DNA of 64,000 nt from Octopus vulgaris (lineage: Eukaryota), in NCBI GenBank assembly GCA_951406725.2, contig OX597821.1, forward strand, positions 47,182,001-47,246,000. The letters are read 5' to 3'. Below the pieces are notes generated by a model that saw nothing but the letters and a program-made list of their open reading frames with translations, was not told where the DNA came from and searched no databases. The translations under genes and the position numbers were made by a program. Shown here piece by piece: positions 12,990 to 26,979 of this stretch (position 1 is its first letter; the number at the start of each line of letters is the position of its first letter).

Positions 12990-13820
12990 TGACGTGATGA
13001 CAAGTTCGAATATGTAACGCAATCTCTTCGTTTCCCAGAGAATGTGGATCAATGTTGTGAGGCGATACGGCACACTGATTTGTGGTCCAAAGGCCTGTAG
13101 TGTTGAAGTGGACGGTAACAGATTGGCCGGGCTTAAGTAGTAATATGCTTCGAATGAGTTCCTAAAAGCGATCAGCTATGTATCGACTTGTTTGCCCAAT
13201 GTAAATGAAGCCGCAAGGTTTACATACGTGTAACATAAGACTATGTACAACGGAAGTTCTGAGTAAGATGATATGATTTAGGTTCAGTGGTGTTTGTAGT
13301 TGTTAATGTAGAGGACGGCGAGCTGGCAGAAACGTTAGCACACCGGGCGAAATGCGTCGCCGTATTTCGTCTGTTGTTACGTTCCGAGTTCAAATTCCGC
13401 CGAGGTCGACTTTGCCTTTCATCCTTTCGGGGTCGATAAATACAGTACCAGTTACTCACTGGTGTCGATGTAATCGACTTAATCCATTTGTCTGTCATTG
13501 TTTGTCCCCTCTGTGTTTAGCCCCTTGTGGGTAGAAAAGAAATATAATGTAGAGGACAGGTGTTGCCCTTTTGGCAAGCGCATTTAAAAGTTCCTGGCTG
13601 TGTGGGACTGAGCGCTGTGGAATATCTTACTAGAAGGTTTCTGAAATTCCTATCTTTAATGAAAGTTATGCAGGAAAGATTGAAGCGGTTATATAGTAAA
13701 TTAGAATTTTGGAAGTTGCAGATGAATTTTATCTTTTAATAGGAGGACAGCCGAGTATAAGATGAGAGTGAGTAGAAAAGGGTCTGACAACTTGTGCTTT
13801 AAAATGGTAGGAAAGAAATG
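12990..13820 (-). pseudogene. Penelope-like element linker plus GIY-YIG remnant, interrupted by a SINE
   Basis: Minus strand: FIKDRNFRNLLVRY...PGTFKCACQKGNTCP, then after the SINE FRCT...CKPCGFIYIGQTSRYIADRF*ELIRSI...VTVHFN. Confidence 0.8.
13317..13544 (+). mobile_element. SINE family A with 13-bp TSD
   Basis: TAATGTAGAGGAC at 13304-13316 and 13545-13557 flanks a full copy. Confidence 0.93.
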
Positions 13821-15382
13821 GCGCGGTCAATGTGTGTGTGTGTGTGCGTGCGTGTGTGTGTGGTATAAATGCATTCATATCTACAAATATATTGTATAAA
13901 ACCAGTTTAAGTAATTTTCTCCTCTCGGTTCACATATACAGATAAAAATGGCAACTAGGACCCTCATTGCAAAATACACAGAGAATGCATCACAATGACG
14001 TACGTAAACAAGCACGCGTACGGAAAGACATCGGTTCAGAGTCACACACATACACACGACAACGGTGGGTCTTAGTCCCACAGACAGAGGCAAACACATG
14101 AGTACACACATATACAATGGCGTTTAGACATACACACTTGATTACGCGTGCATGCACACACACATACACACATGCACACATACACACAAACACACAAACA
14201 CACACACACGCACACATGAGCACACACATGAACACACACATGCACACACACACACAAACACAAACACACACACGCACACACGAGCACACACATGAACACA
14301 CACATGCACACACACACGCGCACACACAAACACACACGCACACACATGCACACATACTCACATACTCACACACACACACACATTGCTTTATTTATATATA
14401 AAGACTTCCTGTACACATACATACGTGCAGGCATATACTTTGGCAGTTGAACGCAGACATTCGCGTACAAACATATACGTAGAATTCCAAACACATACAC
14501 ATACATACACACATACATATCCATTCACACTCATACACAAAGTATACGTTTACACCGACATGTACATAATCACACACACACAAACGGAAGAGAGACATTT
14601 TCAGCTGAGTCGAGGTCAGGAATGATGACGATGTGTGTGATGTAGGTTGGTGGGGATGTAGCACTATGGCGGTGAATCTGTCGGTAGATGGCCTACCTCA
14701 CACGACCACTACTGCAGTCATTGCGTCCTACCTGCCACCACTACTCCACCTTCAACTACCATCAACATTTAGACATCACAGATCCCGCCATCACCATCAT
14801 CATCGTCACCAAAAACAACAACAAAAGCCATAGCAGTGATGGAGCCTTTAGGCTGTATCCTGACCTGTTAGAAGTAGCAGTCAAAACTCCTTCAAATCAC
14901 AACCTACCACCCTGAGTAATGAAAGTACACGATATCTGAAATAAATATGGAACGGTCATGGCTGGAACACCTTAGTCAATGCTCATTTAGGGCTAAACAA
15001 CAACAACTACAACAATAACCATACATCAACCATTTCAACTACCACTAATGACATCACCATTGACACAAGAAAGAGCTCCGACATAATGACTAAACCTGCT
15101 AGAAATAGCAACCAAGTCTATTTCATCCTACACACTCCATTGACTTCAAAAACGAAAGACCATTCATGAGATAATATGATTTAAAAAACCTTCCTTTGCC
15201 CTAAAATTACAGGATGGCTATGACTGGATTGGCTTTTATTGTAGGCCTGCAAGACAGGGCTTGTTTGAATTGTAGAGCGTGGGTTTTCAAAAATGTGTTG
15301 TGCCATCATAACAACACAATACGTATTTCATCTACTAGAATTAACACGTTGAATAGTGTGAGGATAAAGTGTTCTAGCTGAG

Positions 15383-15425
15383 ATTGCCTGAAGATCCATG
15401 TTATGGCGAAACTAATAGTTGTAAT
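15383..15425 (+). ncRNA. Type I hammerhead ribozyme motif
   Basis: AUUGC-CUGAAGA-U-CCA-UGUUA-UGG-C-GAAA-CU-AAU-AG-UU-GUAAU. Stem I AUUGC/GUAAU, stem III ACU/AGU; the 10.1-11.1 pair is imperfect. Confidence 0.55.
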
Positions 15426-15856
15426 GTAAACACTATCAACTTTGCAATTAATACAATTTTACACACACACACACACACACACGTACAGGCGTACATACAT
15501 AAGCGTACACGTGCGTTTACATACTTGGCAAATTTGATAGGAAGTAAATAAGCGATGGACGAGATATAGAAAATATAAAGTGTGGTGTGTGTGCGTGTCT
15601 CTGTCTGTGTGCGCGTGTGCGAGCCTGCCTACTTTTTTTCATATGGCGTTGTCTGTACATTCTAGAGTACGTATCTTTATGTGTGTGCTCTTGTATTTGT
15701 ATAAGTGCATGATGTCATTTGTGTTTAAATAAGTGTATATATATAAACGTACGTAGGTATAAATGTACATCAATTACGTGTGACATGTGTAATGGAAATA
15801 AGAAAAATAACATAATCAATTTCCTTAATGTTTGATCACACTTAATGAAAAGTGAA

Positions 15857-15919
<63 letters not shown>

Positions 15920-16229
15920 GCAAAGCGAAAATGATGTGCAAACTGGTTTCCTTTGAGTAAATATGTGTCAAGGCCATTATCGATCACAAGTGAATTATGA
16001 TGAGTCTATGTTGGAGGTTTTAGTGAAGCCATTAACTAGTATAACAGTGCTGCTTAATAAAGCAAGAACATCACTTTAGCGTGTGCAGCCACTTATTGGT
16101 AAATAAAATAAACTTACAATACGTGTCTGTGTTTATATATTATGGATATATATAGAAATACATACATAAATACACACATATATATATATATATGGGGGTG
16201 TATGTGTGTGTGTGTATATGCATATATGA

Positions 16230-16283
<54 letters not shown>

Positions 16284-16379
16284 ATACATACACAAATATA
16301 TGGTTTCTACGCATTTCGATCGAATCGTCTGCTAGTTAAAACGGGATCTCCTAAGTAAATTTCATGCAATCAAGAGTAA

Positions 16380-16500
16380 ATGAAGAGTAGCTTGCGATCT
16401 ACCAATTGTTTGGATTATTACTACTTCCGGGGTTCTGCTTGCTAGCTATAAAACATATGTAGCCTGGATTTTTATCTACTCTTTTCCCTAACTTCGGATG
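16380..16500 (+). mobile_element. Decayed copy of the hammerhead-bearing repeat at 48645-48770
   Basis: TTTGGATTATTACTACTTCC..TGCTAGC..AAACATATGTAGCCT..TTTTATCTACTC matches the reverse complement of 48650-48735; core nucleotides mutated. Confidence 0.6.
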
Positions 16501-16734
16501 TTTGTTTGCATATACAGCAACCCTAGTTGCTAACTGTGAACTATATGATACCCCATTTTCAGTTTATCGTACTTCGATTCTGAAAACATTCACAACCTTC
16601 TGTGCAAATAAACCACTCTTGTTCCTGAAAGTTGTCTTTTATATTCTTCTACGACTGTTTGAAGCTCACTAACTTCCTACAAACACACACACGCATGCAC
16701 GCACCACCACCCCACACATATATATACATATATA

Positions 16735-17225
16735 GTTAATCCAAACATGAACGAAGAGAAAACACAATAACGCGAGGATGTAGAACAAGTATAGTGTTAT
16801 TGGACGCTCAGGAAAGGAAAGAAAGAAGGAGAATGTAACGTTTCGAGAGGAGCTCTTCGTCAGAAATATAGAAAAAAGGAAAAGTCCAAGGCAGGGAAGA
16901 AGGAGAAAGAAAATCGCCAACGATACGCACGCGGTCACATATTGAAATGACCAGAAGGGAATGGGTGCAGAAAAAGTTCTTTCAAAGACAGGAGAGTGCA
17001 AGAGAAGGGGGTATGTGTGTGGGTGGTGGGTATGTGCGCGCGCGCAGATCTCCGTGTGTGTGTGGTTGTGGTGGTTTATCCATGTGTATGGTTGGGCTTA
17101 GTATCGTTTAAAGTCAAAGGAAGAATTTATAGTAAGAATTTTGATAGGAGTGGCTGCCTGTTGTGTGTCCACCTACATATGTGCGTAGGAGAATGGTCAG
17201 TTGAAAGTACTGGTAGTTTGAAGTA
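16735..17225 (-). mobile_element. Penelope-like 3' region/pLTR with hammerhead core at 16836-16863
   Basis: Colinear with 20690-21205; minus strand CUGACGA-AGAGCUCCUCUC-GAAACGUUA. Confidence 0.7.
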
Positions 17226-17974
17226 TGTGTGTGTGCGTGTATGTATGTGCGGTGTGTGTATGCTTTGTTTGCAGTGTGTGTGTGTGTGTATGTATGTGTG
17301 TGTTCGTGGTTAGGGCCTGGAATACTCCAAATAGACGCATGATATGTCGCTTAGTCGAATTAGCCCATCATTTACTCCACAGATATTTTGTCGTCAAATC
17401 TGCAATTTCCCGTATCACCTGTTTCGACATAACTGTAATATATACACAAACTATGGTATTTTTTATTCCGAGCAACACCAAGTATCTCTGATAGTATGTA
17501 TGTATGTATGTATGTATGTATGTATGTATGTATGTATATATATATATATATATATATATGTTTACGGGAAACGTTTTGAATATGCAAATAAAGTTCCTAT
17601 TCCATTACGCCGGCCACAGTCTAATGATGCTGATTGGTGAACTACTTTTTGGGGTTCTATCGAGCTGTACCGATCTAAAACACACACACACATACACACA
17701 CCTATATATATTGGAATTTGTGCATATAAAATGTGTATGCTCTTTAAATATATACATGCATTATTATATGTATGCATGCATGTATGTATGCATATATATA
17801 ATGTACATATGTAATGTATGTATGCATGCATTCATGCATACATTACTACATATCTGTTCTTATATAGGTATAGACACCAAAATATACAAGCATATAAATA
17901 AATCACCTACACATATATGTAAACATACACACGCACATATATCCATACATACAAACATGTGTGTTTGTGTGTGT

Positions 17975-18009
<35 letters not shown>

Positions 18010-18267
18010 TGTGTGTGTGTGTGCGTGTAGTTATGTCTGTTGGGGCGAATAGGTTTGCAGCCCTCTCCTCAGTCATGTACTAGAGGGGTGCTCATGTTTG
18101 AGGCCCTGCCTTAACCCAACCATGAAATACAGTGACAGTTATGTCTAAGCACACCCCTCCCACCAACTCCAGGCATATCTTACAGTCTCTACTTTCATCT
18201 AGGAAGATAGAAATATTCCTCTACCTAACGTAATATATATATTTAGATCTAATATTAACTGAATATG

Positions 18268-18480
18268 AGGCGGCATGCTTGCAGAGCTGTTCATACTCCT
18301 GGCAAACTGTTTAGCGGGCTTTTGTCCTCTTTTACGTTCCCTGTTCAAATACCGGTAAGGTCGTGTTTGCCTTTCATCCTTTTGGAATCGATAAAATAAG
18401 TACCAGTTATGCCCTGGGTCGATGTAATCGGCTTACTCCTCCCCTGGAACTTGCTGGCCTTGTGCCAAAATCTGAAACCC
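18268..18480 (+). mobile_element. Diverged SINE with family A head/body and a different 3' tail
   Basis: GTTCAAATACC B box and TTTGCCTTTCATCCTTTTGGAATCGATAAAATAAGTACCAG body, but tail GCTGGCCTTGTGCCAAAATCTGAAACC. Confidence 0.7.
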
Positions 18481-18554
18481 GTATTCACTGAATATATATT
18501 TTCTGGGAGAATCGCAAACCTTTTGTCGTTCTGCATGGATAACATGGTTGTAGG

Positions 18555-18778
18555 TTTTTTATTTATTTTTATTTTTATTTTTATCTAGTTTCAGCTCATA
18601 AGCTGTGGCCATGCTGGGGCACCGCCATTTAGTGTTGCTACATGATTTTATTTCACGAATGCTTTTTAGCAATTGCCATTTGGTGCATGAGAGAGTTCGA
18701 TGCAGCTGCCCTCATCTGCACCTCCTGCCGTGAAGTTGGTTCATCTGGGACACCTGACAAGAAGAGATCCAGTTTTCC
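18555..18778 (-). mobile_element. CR1/L2-group LINE 3' end (5'-truncated)
   Basis: Minus strand KLDLFLSGVPDEPTSRQEVQMRAAASNSLMHQMAIAKKHS*, then 3' UTR GGCGGTGCCCCAGCATGGCCACAGC..GAGCTGAAACTAG and an A-rich (ATAAAA)n tail. Confidence 0.75.
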
Positions 18779-18997
18779 ATTATAGAATGAATGCAATATA
18801 AAGTGTTGACCCGTTACGCAGAGGATCATTGTTGAGTGGCTGCTTATCTTTATTGCGGTAGTTGATTATTATTATTTGTGCGTATGTGTTTTGTAATTAT
18901 ACTTGTAACTTTTATATTATACATATATTTCTCTGTGTGTGTATGTATGTGTCTGTGTGCGTGCGTGCGTGCGTGCGCGCTGTGTGTACGTATGTAT

Positions 18998-19134
18998 AAA
19001 GCTTACTTCTCAAGCAAATGGTTCCAGATAAGGTCCCACTGCGTGGCACATTGGTTTATTGTCTTCTACTATAGACTCGAGCCGACCAAGGCCTTGTTAG
19101 TAGGTTTTGTATACGGAAACTGCAAGAAACCCGT

Positions 19135-19136
<2 letters not shown>
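18998..19136 (+). mobile_element. SINE family B, 5' half, diverged
   Basis: GTCCCACTGCGTGGCAC..TGTCTTCTACTATAG..CGGAAACTG match family B. Confidence 0.75.
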
Positions 19137-19194
<58 letters not shown>

Positions 19195-19297
19195 ATGAAT
19201 GAATTATCCTTTGTTTACCGTTAACATGGAAAATTCAATAGATAGCTACCAGGGTAGCAAAATTCACGCAAGTAAGAAGGATGTAGCGACCTATTTA

Positions 19298-19363
<66 letters not shown>

Positions 19364-19764
19364 ACAGAATGAGATAAAAATCCAAGGCAGTGGATTTCAG
19401 GGCAATGCAGGGCAATGCAACATTCCTCCACTTCACTCTCTGTTTCATTTCTTCTCTAGAATAACTATTGCTTAAACATTTTCTCGCAGCGTAAGACCTT
19501 ATCTTTATAAATGTTCTGAAATCTTTCACATCCTTGCATTTTTAACACATTCTGTAAATTTTTTTTTTATATATATGCATGCTAATATGTGACCTACGTT
19601 GGACTCCTCCAAAAAAAAAAAGAATAATAAAATTCACGTGAAACATCGGCAGATGAGTGCAGCGCCCCTCGGGGAATGTATATTTCATGTACAGTTTACA
19701 CCATGCAGGGAAAACCAATAAATCTCAGTACCCGGCTACGTAATTATATGTTTGTGTGTGTGTG

Positions 19765-19840
<76 letters not shown>

Positions 19841-19899
19841 CACATATATATACATTAGTGTGTATATATTTATACATATATATATAAATATGAATAAAT

Positions 19900-20395
19900 A
19901 ACTATATTTGGATTACCGGACAGTCTAATGGATTTTATACATAAGTATTATGGATTGCAACAGATGAACTACCAAGGAGACATCTATGAATTTCAAGATT
20001 CTCATACTAAAATATATACAAATTTCACATTTGATATTACTGAAGAGAAGAAGAGTTAATTTATAAATGCTTATCAATACAGGATCCCATTATTCTATAT
20101 TATCTAAGTATACGAACTATATTTGGAATACAGGACAATATAATGGATTTTACATATGAATATTATGGATTATTACAGAAGACTAGCCAAGGAAGTATAT
20201 ATGGATTTAAAACTCTCATCAAAAGCAGTAATTTTTAATTTTTTAATTTATATTTCAAACAAACGCCATTTTATAGTATTACTTCAAATTGAAAAGAAAA
20301 AAATTATCGTTCGATATGTTATACAAAATTCAAATTTTATCTCTGAAGAGCAGAATAGTTGTCTCTAAATACTTATCAATATAGGATTTCATTAT
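19900..20395. repeat. Old diverged tandem duplication (two units, starts ~217 bp apart)
   Basis: AACTATATTTGGA..GGACA..TAATGGATTTTA..TATTATGGATT and CTGAAGAG..CTTATCAATA.AGGAT..CATTAT each occur twice, in the same order. Confidence 0.7.
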
Positions 20396-20608
20396 AGGGA
20401 CAGCACTTCTGTGAAACGATCGTAAGATGCTTTAAATACTTAATTCAAAACTTTTAAACTGTCATACACATTATATATTTATACTTATACATATTTACAT
20501 CTGTTTTTGCACATATTTATATTTTTAATACAACAATTATTTTACATACATATCTTTTTGATATTGATTTCCTGATATTAATAATAATATATTATTAAAA
20601 ATATATAC

Positions 20609-20679
<71 letters not shown>

Positions 20680-20689
20680 AAAAAAACGA

Positions 20690-22801
20690 AGAACAAACAC
20701 AGCAAGAAAAAAAACAAAGCGTCGACGTAGCACATCCCAAGTATTAGCAGATGCTCAGGGAAGGAAAGAAAGGTAGTTTATGTTTCGAGCAAAGCTCTTC
20801 GTCAGAAAAAGGAGACGGAAGAAAATCCAAGAGAAAAGGAAGACGGTGGAAGAAATCGCCAACGATCTACATGTGGTTACATTTTGAAATGACCGGAAGA
20901 GAATGGGTGAAGAAAAAGTTCTTTCTATGACAGGAGAGTGTAAGAGAAGGAGGTATCTGTGTGTATGTGTGGGTATGTGCGCGAGTGCAAGTCTGTCTCT
21001 GTGTGCATGTGTATGTGTGTTGTGTGTGTTGTGTGTGTGGTGTTGGCTGTTTATATGTGTATGTGTGAATGAACTTTGTGGCTCTTAACGTTGTAGGAAG
21101 AACTCAGCAACATGGTAACAGGATTGGTGATCCTTTGTGTACTTCTTCCCATGAGCGTAGATGAACGGTCAGTAGAAAGGGGTTTGACTGGCAGTTTGAA
21201 GTATATGTGTTCGTGTGTATGTATGCGTGTGCGTGTATCTATATGCTGTGTGCGGGGTACGTGTGTATGTGTGTGCGTGTGTATGTGTGTGTATGTGCGT
21301 GTGTGTATGTATGTGTGCGTGGGGTTGTGTGTGTTAGCTATATGTGCATTCCTGTGCGTGTATGTACGTGTGTGTATGTGTGTGTGCGTGCGTATGTGTA
21401 TGTGTTGTGCACATGTGTACGTGTGTGTGTACGCGTGTGTATGTGTGTGTTCTGTATGTGTGTGTGGTGTGTGCGTGTGTTGTGTATGTGTGTGTGTGTG
21501 GTGTGTATGGGAGGTATGTGTAAGGTATATGTGCATTCATGTGTGTGCGAGTGCGTATATGTGTGCGTGTGTGTATATTTGTTTGCGTGTGAATGTATGT
21601 GTGTGTGTGTATGAGCGTGTGTGTATGTGAGTGTGTGCGTGGGGTTGTGTGTGGAGGTATATGCGTATGTGTGTACGCGCGTGTATGCGTGTGTGTGTGC
21701 GTGTGTATGTGCGTGTGTATGCGTGTGTGTATGTGTGTGTGCATGTATGTATGTGTGTGCATGTATGTGTGTGTTGTGTGTGTGCATGGTGTGTGGGAGA
21801 TATATGTGCGTTCATGTGGGCGCGTGTGCGTATATGTGTGCGTGAGTGTGTATATGTTCGTATGTGTATGTATGTGTGCGTGTATACAGAAACAAGATAA
21901 AATTTTTAAAATAGGGGAAAAAGGGGAAAGGTACAAGATGAAGAAATAAAATTAATGAATAAAAGATGAAAAATAAATACAAAAATAACAGATAAAAGAT
22001 TAAAAATTAAAAATTTAAAAATTTAAAAATTTAAATTAAAGGGATAAAATAGAAATTAATACAATTATTAAGAAAATTTAATAATGCAATTAAGATATTT
22101 TTAATTCGACAAAAAGAATAACAGTGTAAAAAAAAGTGTGTGAATATAAGATAGGATAAAATGAAATAAAAAGTTGCTTTTAAGGAAGGTGTAGAGAAAG
22201 TCGTTAAGAGGACGGGGTTGTGTTGAGAGCGAAAGGAGTTTGCGTTTGTAGACTGAAAATGTAATGCTGTTCCAGGCGGAGTCGGGAGTGTGTGGATCTG
22301 TGTAGGGCGAGTCTAAAAACGGAGACATTAGAGGTGGTGTGGTTGGCTGAGCGGAAATGACGGGCGACGAGTTTGTTCGTACATAGCCGAATATCTCGTA
22401 GACGTTCCGTGAACCGGTCGGCCAGCCGGTGACCCGTCTGAGCAACGAAGAGTTTATTGCAGAGATTACATCGAATGCAATAGATAAGTCTGTAAGAAGT
22501 GCATGAGAAGGAGTTTCTAATGTGGAGGGTGTGCTGGTTGGATATAGTGTGGGAGGGGTGTTGGTGATAAAAGGGCAAGTGTGACAGCAGGATCTAGAGT
22601 AAGGAAAAGATCCGCTGGGCCTGGGATAGAAGAGGGGAAGGTGCTACGGACCAGTAGATCGCTTAGGTTACGGCTGCGTTTAAAGGAGGTCAAAGGTGGG
22701 TTGGGGGAAATGGGGTGAGTGGTGGGATCTAGCTGGAAACGACAGAAGGCCCGTATGATACTCCGACGAATGGGTAGGGTGGAGAGGTTGAAAATGAGGG
22801 G

Positions 22802-22805
<4 letters not shown>
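20690..22805 (-). mobile_element. Penelope-like retroelement 3' part (GIY-YIG remnant, CA-rich UTR, pLTR with hammerhead core at 20782-20805)
   Basis: 22204-22800: PPLTSFKRSRNLSDLLVRS...FSCTSYRLIYCIRCNLCNKLFVAQTGHRLADRFTERLRDIR...VARHF...RLRLEQHYIFSLQTQTPFALN. Downstream CUGACGA-A-GAGC-UUU-GCUC-GAAAC. (TA)n at both ends. Continuity across the microsatellite is inferred. Confidence 0.8.
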
Positions 22806-22847
<42 letters not shown>

Positions 22848-22850
<3 letters not shown>

Positions 22851-23247
22851 CGCAAGAGTGGCTGCGTAGTATGAAGCCTGCTTCCCAACCACATGGTTCC
22901 GAATTCAGTTCCACTGCGTGGCACCTTGGGCAAGTATCTTCTACTCTAGCTTCGGGCGGAGTAAAGCTTTGTGAGTGGATTTGGTAGACGGAAACTGAAA
23001 GAAACCCATCCTGTATGCATGTGTGTGTGTGTGTGTGTGTATTTGTGTGTCTTTCCTTGTCCCCTCACCATCGCTTGACAACCGATATTGGTGTGTTTAT
23101 GTCCCCGTAACTTAGCGGTTAGGCAAAACAGACCGATAGAATAAGTACTAGGCTTACAAAGAATGAATCCTGGGGTCGATATGTTCTACTAAAAGCAGTG
23201 CTCCAGCAAGGCCGTAGTCAAATGACTGAAACAAGTAAAAGAGTAAA
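22848..23247 (+). mobile_element. SINE family B, full length
   Basis: AGGCGCAAGAGTGGCTG head through GACTGAAACAAGTAAAAGAG tail. Confidence 0.9.
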
Positions 23248-23304
23248 TATACATACATAATGTGTATACATATTTATGCACATATACATATATATATACA
23301 TACA

Positions 23305-23760
23305 TCTCTCTATATTATAAATCTGAAATGCGAAAAGTTTGTTTGTTTGCCTGGTTTTGGCATTGAGAACGGGTTAAAGGCCACTAGATCCCGTCGGATT
23401 GACTCCAAAATTTACAAGGACATGTAAAATGAGGTGAGGATGCGAGTGAGCTAGGTTAGAAATCCCCATCTTAAAAGTTGTCGTTGCTAGGGCCAAAAAC
23501 GCACTTTGACAAGTCTACTCTCATTCTTTTATGTATCTGTCTTCCTCCATCACTCATTCTCTTTCCTCCCTTCCCATTACTTTCTATATATAACGTCGTT
23601 TCACAGCGTCTAACTCCCTTACCTTCACTTTCTCTTTATAACGTCGTTTCACAGCGTTATATATCTCCCCCCCACCCCGCCTTCGACAGCGCTTTCACAC
23701 ACACTCTCTCTCTCTACGTCTGTCTGCATTCATAGAGAGAATTATCATCGCCACATCCAC
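23305..23760 (+). mobile_element. Probable non-autonomous Helitron 5' portion
   Basis: A|TCTCTCTATATTATAAATCTGAAATG..GTTTGTTTGTTTG start resembles the Helitron at 35608; internal repeat ATAACGTCGTTTCACAGCGT x2; no CTAG 3' end found. Confidence 0.45.
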
Positions 23761-23826
23761 CACACAATCATGAGAACAAATATTATGTATCAGATATTTA
23801 TTGGGTTAATTTATATATATATGTGT

Positions 23827-23858
<32 letters not shown>

Positions 23859-24103
23859 TCTATATATAAATATGTATATATAATGTATATATACAGAGTG
23901 TATATATCTGTATTTATGTATATTAAACTTTTTAATACATTTGATAGTTATATATATATATTTTAAAATTATAAATATAAATTAATAATTTTAATTTTAA
24001 ATTTAAATAATTCAAATTTTTAAATTTTATATTTTATATATTTTGTATACATTTGTATATATAATGCGTACACACACACACACAAACACACACACATACA
24101 CAC

Positions 24104-24146
<43 letters not shown>

Positions 24147-24939
24147 TATATAATGTGTGCATTATGTGGTCGGTTGAGCTGAAAATATGCACACCTATGT
24201 TAAAAGTGCTGGCAAGTGTGCATGACAACTATTTTTTCCTCAAATGAAAGGCGTGACCTCTAGGACAACATTCCTCATCTTATAAAATGTGGCCCCAGTA
24301 GACCCGAATGAAATCGGGTTATATTAACCAAAATGTGAAAAGGGGTCTAAATGAGGCTGGAAGGAGATTAAAATTTACAGGAGCGGGTGTTTAGGAATTC
24401 TCTGTTACATCAAGCTTTTAATCGTCAATGTGCTGCCGTCCATGATGAAGAAGTTTTGAATGCTTGCCATGGTGAGTCTACTGTGGTGAGAAAGAATCAC
24501 TTCAAAACTTGGTGTTTAGGAATTTTCTTTTACATCAAGTTCAAAATTTTACGCCAGCCGTTAAACTATCAATACGTTGCTGTCCGTCGTTAAGAAATGC
24601 CAGCCATGGTGACTCTACTATCCTCAGATTCTATCCCTTCAAACTTTGGTTTTCAATATTTTATTATTTTTATTCAGCTTGCAAGTTCGTCTGTCCCTTT
24701 TAAATGTTAGTGTTTTGCTGTCTGCCTTGAAGCAGACCTTTCCGTTGTCACTGCCTGATATTTATGATTGATCTTCCAAATATTTTATTTCTCAACTTAC
24801 TCAAGATCTTTTGTTGTTTATAAATGGGAGAGAGATAGATAAAGATAGAGAGTAAGAGAAAGCGAGGGAGAGTCCGAGAGAAAAGAAAAGTAAGAGAGTG
24901 GGAAAGTGAGAGAGAAAGGAGAGAGAAACAAACAGGGAG

Positions 24940-25217
24940 AATCATCATCATCATCATCGTTTAACGTCCGTTTTCCGTGCTAGCACGAGTTGGACAGTTT
25001 GACCGGGGTCTGCGAAGCCAGGAGGCTGCACCAGGCTTCTTCCTAACGCTAACCACTCCGTGAGTGTAGTGGGTGCTTTTTTCGTACCACCGGCACAGGT
25101 GCCAGGGGGGCTGGCAGCGGCCATGATCGGTTGGTGCTTTTTACGTGCCACCGGCACAGAAGCCAGTCAAGGCGGCGCTGCCATCAGCCACGTTCGGATG
25201 GTGCTTTTTACGTGCCG
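24940..25217 (-). mobile_element. Retroposon 3' end with (GAT)n tail and internal repeats
   Basis: (ATC)n then GTTTAACGTCCGTTTTCC; GGTGCTTTTTACGTGCCACCGGCAC-like unit occurs three times. Confidence 0.55.
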
Positions 25218-26524
25218 AAAGGAAGCAACAGAAAGTAACAACCACACTCTTACTCGCGCGTAGAGCGGGTCACCTTAAGCTAGTATATATATATAAATAT
25301 ATGTGTGTGTGGTGTGTGTGTGCACGTGCGCGTGTGTATCTGTGTGCGTGCGACCTATAAAGTAGGTGTATAAACAGGGTTATTTTAGATATTTCTCGGT
25401 CAAACGGTAGTCATATTCAAGGGTTTTAAGAATAACCATAAAAATTCACCTACTTCTGGAGTTATAACTGAGAGTAAAGGAGAAAATCTGTTTTATCGAT
25501 GGATGGGAATTTTAAGTATCACCTGGCGACAAATATGGCTTCGGGTGTGTTTTGCAATCCCAGTCAATCTGAATTAACGAATAATTGTGTGGAGGTTGGT
25601 CGGAATAAATTTGACAGTTCAATAACTGTTTTAAAAAACTCAAAATATATCAACAAGATTATAGCTGGGAGATAATAATTTACCCAAAGTAGTCACTCTC
25701 AACTTCCACCATGGCCTGAAGAGGGCTCTGATACCTGGTGTATGCGTTGCTTACTGTGTTTAGAGGAAGACTCTCCACCAGTTCGGCCTTGGCGTTGCTG
25801 TTGCTGCTGAGCAGTCCAGTCCGTGCGGTCCGAAACTTGGTCCTTTTGCTATTCGTAAGACCCGCAGAAGAGAAAGCAGGTCAACCCCCGACACCGAGAG
25901 CATCGTCGGATGGATGAATGCGCATCAAGGCTCAGCGGTTGCGTAGGAAGTCGGGGACAAGAAACAGGAAGAAAGAGTGAGAGAAAGTTGGGGCGAAAGA
26001 GTACAACAGGGGTTGCGCCTCCGGTGTTGCTGGCAGAGTGATTAGTGTCTTTCTCAACTGCACCTCACACGGAGTTACCCATGGGATTACAATCGAGAAA
26101 ATTAGAAGGCAAGCAAATAGGGCTGGTGAAGTCGTAGAAATTCTCCGACAACCACATGCGACTCTTTCCAAAAGTTAGGCAAGGAAGCGAATCTTGCTAC
26201 CACACCTGTTTGGTCAAACTCTCGTCAGACTGTGATTGATCTCAGACTCCAGCAACCGTCTGAATTGAACCTAAGACTCTCTTTATCACTTGCTAGGTGA
26301 AGCCCGGCACGCTGACGCAGTTAGCTCCTTCCTGCTAGCCACCGGTTCGCAGACTCCGTAGTAGCTATGTCACGTCATACAGCTTTTAAAGTGTTCATAC
26401 AACATTGATTAACATTCACGATATCTGCATTTTGATACCCGGCGCGAACCATCATAATACAGGTGGTTCTTTTTCCGATATTCAGATGGTCTCCAGTCCT
26501 CTTTGCTACAATTTAGCTCGAACA

Positions 26525-26589
<65 letters not shown>

Positions 26590-26681
26590 CATATACATAT
26601 GCGCGAGCGCGTATATATATGTGTGTGTATTTATATATATACATATATATATGCATATATATGTATATATGTATATATGTA

Positions 26682-26737
<56 letters not shown>

Positions 26738-26818
26738 TTCAACAAAATTTAGATTCAAATGAATATGGTACTTAAGTCAGAGGCACCAGAATTTTGTATG
26801 GTACTATCCATAGAAATC

Positions 26819-26857
<39 letters not shown>

Positions 26858-26907
26858 TATATATACATAGCCATACACGAACACACATACATATGTATAT
26901 ATATGTA

Positions 26908-26979
<72 letters not shown>

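Noticed and set aside
21051-21949. Cys/Val- or His/Thr-rich ORFs resembling metallothioneins
   Set aside because: Degenerate (TG)n repeat; the same artefact occurs throughout the window.
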